This document shows positions 12,801-21,397 of a DNA stretch of 21,397 nt, piece by piece. Origin of the DNA: Utricularia gibba. Lineage: Eukaryota > Plantae > Magnoliophyta. The position numbers were made by a program, and so were the translations under genes. The DNA is taken from the NCBI GenBank assembly GCA_002189035.1, contig NEEC01000424.1, positions 1-21,397 of the forward strand, given 5' to 3'. Under the pieces are notes generated by a model, which was not told where the DNA came from, ran no database searches, and saw only the letters and a program-made list of their open reading frames with translations. How positions within the stretch are numbered: position 1 is the stretch's first letter; the number at the start of each line of letters is the position of its first letter.

Positions 12801-15800
12801 GCAGATCCTAACTCTTCATAGCACACCATTGGGAAGCCCTATTCGTGCTCCAAGTAGTATAATTTGGAGTTCGTTTGTCCCATAACTGTGGACATATTAA
12901 AAACAAACCACAACGAAAAGTGTCTTACGTGTCCTTCCTTGGTGGCTGCGTTTAATAATGTGCTTCTCGTTCTCGAAATTGATGCAAAGATACACGGCAA
13001 AAGAATCAAATAGCCTAGAGACATGGTGTAAGGGAATGGTGCATCAAGAATCAGAAGTATCATAGCAACTAATTGCATCAATCAACAGCCAAAAAATAGT
13101 CAAACTTCATCGGATATGCGATCAAGATGGAAAAAAGTCACATGTTACATCATGAATTTCGTGGCATCACTTATCCCAACACTATTATACTCAGGTACGC
13201 AAAAATGTTTATTTTTAACGAATCCAGTGCACGTGTGATTTTTAGGCTGCACCCCGAATGGTGATGCGCAATGAAATGACTATGTCGCACATCCTGGTCC
13301 ACGAAGCACCTCTTCCAAAACATGCAGATCCTAACTCTTCATAGCACACCATTGGGAAGCCCTATTCGAGCTCCAAGTAGTATAATTTGGAGTTCGTTTG
13401 TCCCATAACTGTGGACATATTAAAAACAAACCACAACGAAAAGTGTCTTACGTGTCCTTCCTTGGTGGCTGCGTTTAATATTGTGCTTCTCGTTCTCGAA
13501 ATTGATGCAAAGATACACGGCAAAAGAATCAAATAGCCACTAGAGACATGGTGTAGGGAATGGTGCATCAAGAATCAGAAGTATCATAGCAACTAATTGC
13601 ATCAATCAACAGCCAAAACATATGGTGTCAAACTTCATCGGATATGCGATCAAGATGGAAAAAAGTCACATGTTACATCATGAATTTCGTGGCATCACTT
13701 ATCCCAACACTATTATACTCCAGGTACGCAAAAATGTTTACTTTTAACGAATCCAGTGCACGTGTGATTTTTAGGCTGCACCCCGAATGGTGATGCGCAA
13801 TGAAATGACTATGTCGCACATCCTGGTCCACGAAGCACCTCTTCCAAAACATGCAGATCCTAACTCTTCATAGCACACCATTGGGAAGCCCGATTCGAGC
13901 TCCAAGTAGTATAATTTGGAGTTTCGTTTGTCCGATAACTGTGGACATATTAAAAACAAACCACAACGAAAAGTGTCTTACGTGTCCTTCCTTGGTGGCT
14001 GCGTTTAATATTGTGCTTCTCGTTCTCGAAATTGATGCAACAAGATACACGGCAAAAGAATCAAATAGCCACTAGAGACATGGTGTAAGGGAATGGTGCA
14101 TCAAGAATCAGAAGTATCATAGCAACTAATTGCATCAATCAACAGCCAAAACATATGGTGTCAAACTTCATCGGATATGCGATCAAGATGGAAAAAAGTC
14201 ACATGTTACATCATGAATTTCGTGGCATCACTTATCCCAACACTATTATACTCCAGGTACGCAAAAATGTTTACTTTTAACGAATCCAGTGCACGTGTGA
14301 TTTTCGGCTGCACCCCGAATGGTGATGCGCAATGAAATGACTATGTCGCACATCCTGGTCCACGAAGCACCTCTTCCAAAACATGCAGATCCTAACTCTT
14401 CATAGCACACCATTGGAAGCCCTATTCGAGCTCCAAGTAGTATAATTTGGAGTTCGTTTGTCCCATAACTTTGGACATATTAAAAACAAACCACAACGAA
14501 AAGTGTCTTACGTGTCCTTCCTTGGTGGCTGCGTTTAATAATGTGCTTCTCGTTCTCGAAATTGATGCAAATGGGATACACGGCAAAAGAATCAAATAGC
14601 CACTAGAGACATGTGTAAGGAATGGTGCATCAAGAATCAGAAGTATCATAGCAACTAATTGAATCAATCAACAGCCAAAACATATGGTGTCAAACTTCAT
14701 CGGATATGCGATCAAGATGGAAAAAAAGTCACATGTTACATCATGAATTTCGTGGCATCACTTATCCCAACACTATTATACTCAGGTACGCAAAAAATGT
14801 TTACTTTTAACGAATCCAGTGCACGTGTGATTTTTAGGCTGCACCCCGAATGGTGATGCGCAATGAAATGACTAGGTCGCACATCCTGGTCCACGAAGCA
14901 CCTCTTCCAAAACATGCAGATGCTAACTCTTCATAGCACACCATTGGGAAGCCCTATTCGTGCTCCAAGTAGTATAATTTGGAGTTACGTTTGTCCCATA
15001 ACTTTGGACATATTAAAAACAAACCACAACGAAAAGTGTCTTACGCGTCCTTCCTTGGTGGCTGCGTTTAATAATGTGCTTCTCGTTCTCGAAATTGATG
15101 CAAATGGGATACACGGCAAAAGAATCAAATAACCACTAGAGACATGTGTAAGGAATGGTGCATCAAGAATCAGAATATCATAGCAACTAATTGCATCAAT
15201 CAACTGCCAAAACATATGGTGTCAAACTTCATCGGATATGCGATCAAGATGGAAAAAAGTCACATGTTACATCATGAATTTCGTGGCATCACTTATCCCA
15301 ACACTATTATACACCAGGTACGCAAAAATGTTTACTTTTAACGAATCCAGTGCACGTGTGATTTTTAGGCTGCACCCCGAATGGTGATGCGCAATGAAAT
15401 GACTATGTCGCACATCCTGGTCACGAAGCACCTCTTCCAAAACATGCAGATCCTAACTCTTCATAGCACACCATTGGGAAGCCCGATTCGAGCTCCAAGT
15501 AGTATAATTTGGAGTTTCGTTTGTCCATAACTGTGGACATATTAAAAACAAACCACAACGAAAAGTGTCTTACGTGTCCTTCCTTGGTGGCTGCGTTTAA
15601 TATTGTGCTTCTCGTTCTCGAAATTGATGCAAAACAAGATACACGGCAAAAGAATCAAATAGCCACTAGAGACATGGTGTAAGGAATGGTGCATCAAGAA
15701 TCAGAAGTATCATAGCAACTAATTGCATCAATCAACAGCCAAAACATATTGTGTCAAACTTCATCGGATATGCGATCAAGATGGAAAAAAGTCACATGTT

Positions 15801-18800
15801 ACATCATGAATTTCGTGGCATCACTTATCCCAACACTATTATACTCCAGGTACGCAAAAATGTTTACTTTTAACGAATCCAGTGCACGTGTGATTTTTCG
15901 GCTGCACCCCGAATGGTGATGCGCAATGAAATGACTAGGTCGCACATCCTGGTCCACGAAGCACCTCTTCCAAAACATGCAGATCCTAACTCTTCATAGC
16001 ACACCATTGGGAAGCCCGATTCGAGCTCCAAGTAGTATAATTTGGAGTTTCGTTTGTCCGATAACTGTGGACATATTAAAAACAAACCACAACGAAAAGT
16101 GTCTTACGTGTCCTTCCTTGGTGGCTGCGTTTAATATTGTGCTTCTCGTTCTCGAAATTGATGCAAAAGATACACGGCAAAAGAATCAAAACCACTAGAG
16201 ACATGGTGTATGGGAATGGTGCATCAAGAATCAGAAGTATCATAGCAACTAATTGCATCAATCAACAGCCAAAACATATGGTGTCAAACTTCATCGGATA
16301 TGCGATCAAGATGGAAAAAAGTCACATGTTACATCATGAATTTCGTGGCATCACTTATCCCAACACTGGTATACTCAGGTACGCAAAAATGTTTACTTTT
16401 AACGAATCCAGTGCACGTGTGATTTTTAGGCTGCACCCGAATGGTGATGCGCAATGAAATGACTAGGTCGCACATCCTGGTCCACGAAGCACCTCTTCCA
16501 AAACATGCAGATCCTAACTCTTCATAGCACACCATTGGGAAGCCCGATTCGAGCTCCAAGTAGTATAATTTGGAGTTTCGTTTGTCCCATAACTGTGGAC
16601 ATATTAAAAACAAACCACAACGAAAAGTGTCTTACGTGTCCTTCCTTGGTGGCTGCGTTTAATATTGTGCTTCTCGTTCTCGAAATTGATGCAAACAAGA
16701 TACACGGCAAAAGAATCAAATAGCCACTAGAGACATGTGTAAGGGAATGGTGCATCAAGAATCAGAAGTATCATAGCAACTAATTGCATCAATCAACAGC
16801 CAAAACATATGGTGTCAAACTTCATCGGATATGCGATCAAGATGGAAAAAAGTCACATGTTACATCATGAATTTCGTGGCATCACTTATCCCAACACTAT
16901 TATACACCAGGTACGCAAAAATGTTTACTTTTAACGAATCCAGTGCACGTGTGATTTTTAGGCTGCACCCCGAATGGTGATGCGCAATGAAATGACTATG
17001 TCGCACATCCTGGTCCACGAAGCACCTCTTCCAAAACATGCAGATCCTAACTCTTCATAGCACACCATTGGGAAGCCCGATTCGAGCTCCAAGTAGTATA
17101 ATTTGGAGTTTCGTTTGTCCGATAACTGTGGACATATTAAAAACAAACCACAACGAAAAGTGTCTTACGTGTCCTTCCTTGGTGGCTGCGTTTAATATTG
17201 TGCTTCTCGTTCTCGAAATTGATGCAAAGATACACGGCAAAAGAATCAAATAGCCACTAGAGACATGGTGTATGGGAATGGTGCATCAAGAATCAGAAGT
17301 ATCATAGCAACTAATTGAATCAATCAACAGCCAAAACATATGGTGTCAAACTTCATCGGATATGCGATCAAGATGGAAAAAAGTCACATGTTACATCATG
17401 AATTTCGTGGCATCACTTATCCCAACACTGTTTATACTCAGGTACGCAAAATGTTTACTTTTAACGAATCCAGTGCACGTGTGATTTTTAGGCTGCACCC
17501 CGAATGGTGATGCGCAATGAAATGACTAGGTCGCACATCCTGGTCCACGAAGCACCTCTTCCAAAACATGCAGATCCTAACTCTTCATAGCACACCATTG
17601 GGAAGCCCGATTCGAGCTCCAAGTAGTATAATTTGGAGTTTCGTTTGTCCGATAACTGTGGACATATTAAAAACAAACCACAACGAAAAGTGTCTTACGT
17701 GTCCTTCCTTGGTGGCTGCGTTTAATATTGTGCTTCTCGTTCTCGAAATTGATGCAAACAAGATACACGGCAAAAGAATCAAATAGCCACTAGAGACATG
17801 GTGTAGGGAATGGTGCATCAAGAATCAGAAGTATCATGGCAACTAATTGAATCAATCAACAGCCAAAACATATGGTGTCAAACTTCATCGGATATGCGAT
17901 CAAGATGGAAAAAAGTCACATGTTACATCATGAATTTCGTGGCATCACTTATCCCAACACTATTATACTCCAGGTACGCAAAAATGTTTACTTTTAACGA
18001 ATCCAGTGCACGTGTGATTTTTAGGCTGCACCCCGAATGGTGATGCGCAATGAAATGACTAGGTCGCACATCCTGGTCCACGAAGCACCTCTTCCAAAAC
18101 ATGCAGATCCTAACTCTTCATAGCACACCATTGGGAAGCCCGATTCGAGCTCCAAGTAGTATAATTTGGAGTTTCGTTTGTCCATAACTGTGGACATATT
18201 AAAAACAAACCACAACGAAAAGTGTCTTACGTGTCCTTCCTTGGTGGCTGCGTTTAATATTGTGCTTCTCGTTCTCGAAATTGATGCAAACAAGATACAC
18301 GGCAAAAGAATCAAATAGCCACTAGAGACATGGTGTAGGGAATGGTGCATCAAGAATCAGAAGTATCATAGCAACTAATTGAATCAATCAACAGCCAAAA
18401 TATGGTGTCAAACTTCATCGGATATGCGATCAAGATGGAAAAAAGTCACATGTTACATCATGAATTTCGTGGCATCACTTATCCCAACACTATTATACTC
18501 CAGGTACGCAAAAATGTTTACTTTTAACGAATCCAGTGCACGTGTGATTTTTAGGCTGCACCCCGAATGGTGATGCGCAATGAAATGACTAGGTCGCACA
18601 TCCTGGTCACGAAGCACCTCTTCCAAAACATGCAGATCCTAACTCTTCATAGCACACCATTGGGAAGCCCGATTCGAGCTCCAAGTAGTATAATTTGGAG
18701 TTTCGTTTGTCCGATAACTGTGGACATATTAAAAACAAACCACAACGAAAAGTGTCTTACGTGTCCTTCCTTGGTGGCTGCGTTTAATATTGTGCTTCTC

Positions 18801-21204
18801 GTTCTCGAAATTGATGCAAACAAGATACACGGCAAAAGAATCAAATAGCCACTAGAGACATGGTGTATGGGAATGGTGCATCAAGAATCAGAAGTATCAT
18901 AGCAACTAATTGAATCAATCAACAGCCAAAACATATGGTGTCAAACTTCATCGGATATGCGATCAAGATGGAAAAAAGTCACATGTTACATCATGAATTT
19001 CGTGGCATCACTTATCCCAACACTATTTATACCAGGTACGCAAAAATGTTTACTTTTAACGAATCCAGTGCACGTGTGATTTTTAGGCTGCACCCCGAAT
19101 GGTGATGCGCAATGAAATGACTAGGTCGCACATCCTGGTCCACGAAGCACCTCTTCCAAAACATGCAGATCCTAACTCTTCATAGCACACCATTGGGAAG
19201 CCCGATTCGAGCTCCAAGTAGTATAATTTGGAGTTTCGTTTGTCCGATAACTGTGGACATATTAAAAACAAACCACAACGAAAAGTGTCTTACGTGTCCT
19301 TCCTTGGTGGCTGCGTTTAATATTGTGCTTCTCGTTCTCGAAATTGATGCAAAAGATACACGGCAAAAGAATCAAATAGCCACTAGAGACATGGTGTATG
19401 GGAATGGTGCATCAAGAATCAGAAGTATCATAGCAACTAATTGAATCAATCAACAGCCAAAACATATGGTGTCAAACTTCATCGGATATGCGATCAAGAT
19501 GGAAAAAAGTCACATGTTACATCATGAATTTCGTGGCATCACTTATCCCAACACTGTTTATACTCAGGTACGCAAAAATTTTTTTTAACGAATCCAGTGC
19601 ACGTGTGATTTTTAGGCTGCACCCCGAATGGTGATGCGCAATGAAATGACTAGGTCGCACATCCTGGTCCACGAAGCACCTCTTCCAAAACATGCAGATG
19701 CTAACTCTTCATAGCACACCATTGGGAAGCCCTATTCGAGCTCCAAGTAGTATAATTTGGAGTTTCGTTTGTCCCATAACTGTGGACATATTAAAAACAA
19801 ACCACAACGAAAAGTGTCTTACGTGTCCTTCCTTGGTGGCTGCGTTTAATAATGTGCTTCTCGTTCTCGAAATTGATGCAAAGATACACGGCAAAAGAAT
19901 CAAATAGCCACTAGAGACATGGTGTAAGGAATGGTGCATCAAGAATCAGAAGTATCATAGCAACTAATTGAATCAATCAACAGCCAAAACATATGGTGTC
20001 AAACTTCATCGGATATGCGATCAAGATGGAAAAAAGTCACATGTTACATCATGAATTTCGTGGCATCACTTATCCCAACACTATTATACTCCAGGTACGC
20101 AAAAATGTTTACTTTTAACGAATCCAGTGCACGTGTGATTTTTAGGCTGCACCCCGAATGGTGATGCGCAATGAAATGACTAGGTCGCACATCCTGGTCC
20201 ACGAAGCACCTCTTCCAAAACATGCAGATCCTAACTCTTCATAGCACACCATTGGGAAGCCCGATTCGAGCTCCAAGTAGTATAATTTGGAGTTTCGTTT
20301 GTCCGATAACTTGGACATATTAAAAACAAACCACAACGAAAAGTGTCTTACGTGTCCTTCCTTGGTGGCTGCGTTTAATATTGTGCTTCTCGTTCTCGAA
20401 ATTGATGCAAAGATACACGGCAAAAGAATCAAATAGCCACTAGAGACATGTGTAAGGGAATGGTGCATCAAGAATCAGAAGTATCATAGCAACTAATTGC
20501 ATCAATCAACAGCCAAAAACATATGGTGTCAAACTTCATCGGATATGCGATCAAGATGGAAAAAAGTCACATGTTACATCATGAATTTCGTGGCATCACT
20601 TATCCCAACACTATTATACTCCAGGTACGCAAAAATGTTTACTTTTAACGAATCCAGTGCACGTGTGATTTTTAGGCTGCACCCCGAATGGTGATGCGCA
20701 ATGAAATGACTATGTCGCACATCCTGGTCCACGAAGCACCTCTTCCAAAACATGCAGATCCTAACTCTTCATAGCACACCATTGGGAAGCCCGATTCGAG
20801 CTCCAAGTAGTATAATTTGGAGTTTCGTTTGTCCGATAACTGTGGACATATTAAAAACAAACCACAACGAAAAGTGTCTTACGTGTCCTTCCTTGGTGGC
20901 TGCGTTTAATATTGTGCTTCTCGTTCTCGAAATTGATGCAAACAAGATACACGGCAAAAGAATCAAATAGCCACTAGAGACATGGTGTTGGGAATGGTGC
21001 ATCAAGAATCAGAAGTATCATAGCAACTAATTGCATCAATCAACAGCCAAAACATATTGTGTCAAACTTCATCGGATATGCGATCAAGATGGAAAAAAGT
21101 CACATGTTACATCATGAATTTCGTGGCATCACTTATCCCAACACTATTATACACCAGGTACGCAAAAATTACTTTTAACGAATCCAGTGCACGTGTGATT
21201 TTTA

Positions 21205-21397
21205 GGCTGCACCCGAATGGTGATGCGCAATGAAATGACTAGGTCGCACATCCTGGTCCACGAAGCACCTCTTCCAAACATGCAGATCCTAACTCTTCAT
21301 AGCACACCATTGGGAAGCCCGATTCGAGCTCCAAGTAGTATAATTTGGAGTTTCGTTTGTCCGATAACTGTGGACATATTAAAAACAAACCACAACG
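21205..21397. repeat. Partial monomer (unit 41), truncated by the window end
   Basis: It matches the first ~193 bp of the monomer and ends at AACCACAACG. Confidence 0.97.

Larger units (their letters stand above)
1..21397. repeat. Tandem satellite-like array of a ~530-bp monomer (40 full copies + 1 partial), head-to-tail, single orientation
   Basis: The anchor GGCTGCACCC(C)GAATGGTGATGCGCAATG starts at 1, 529, 1063, 1595, 2121, 2652, 3182, 3714, 4244, 4776, 5296, 5827, 6357, 6887, 7416, 7947, 8478, 9011, 9540, 10069, 10601, 11133, 11665, 12192, 12723, 13245, 13774, 14306, 14837, 15368, 15900, 16429, 16961, 17491, 18024, 18554, 19086, 19615, 20145, 20675 and 21205 (units 1-41). No unique spacer, insertion or inversion was seen. 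The array runs off both window edges. Confidence 0.99.

Noticed and set aside
1169-21005. About 80 short ORFs (60-110 aa) on both strands
   Set aside because: All are alternative readings of one monomer. They open and close with 1-bp indels, overlap on opposite strands, and show no recognisable domain or conserved frame.
1-21397. CRISPR array or other repeat-spacer system
   Set aside because: There are no unique spacers. The entire 530 bp is repeated and no cas-like gene is present.
1-21397. 5S rDNA, tRNA, snRNA or spliced-leader RNA gene array (the unit size would fit)
   Set aside because: Only trivial matches were seen (ATGCGATCA, TGCACCCC, AGTAGTA, and an Sm-like AATTTGG), and not in the order or spacing of 5S rRNA. 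There is no cloverleaf, no A/B box pair and no spliced-leader sequence that I recognise.
1-21397. Rolling-circle concatemer of a single ~530-nt circle (eccDNA, viroid-like RNA or RCA read)
   Set aside because: Linked substitutions recur with periodic and block structure, which random error on one template would not produce. It is not fully excluded without provenance data.
1-21397. Identification as a named satellite of similar length, such as the 528-bp khipu of Phaseolus vulgaris
   Set aside because: The resemblance is in monomer length only. I cannot verify sequence similarity without an alignment.

Overview
The whole window is one uninterrupted head-to-tail tandem array of a ~530-bp monomer: 40 complete copies plus a 193-bp partial copy, mean 530.1 bp, range 520-534 bp, about 41% GC, all in one orientation. 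It looks like eukaryotic satellite DNA, but I do not recognise the family or the taxon. I find no supportable protein-coding gene, RNA gene, CRISPR array or mobile element. Every ORF in the track is a short, frameshift-dependent reading of the same monomer. The most informative structure lies in the monomer variants. (i) An A-B-C trimeric higher-order repeat (~1.59 kb) is clear at the left end, and its mod-3 phase appears to persist cryptically across the window. (ii) There are block-like haplotype domains and a mosaic monomer. (iii) Single-base deletions recur exactly at biallelic sites, which suggests a long-read consensus averaged over different copies, so fine detail may be artefactual. 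I cannot support a claim of a new biological system here. All counts were made by hand.
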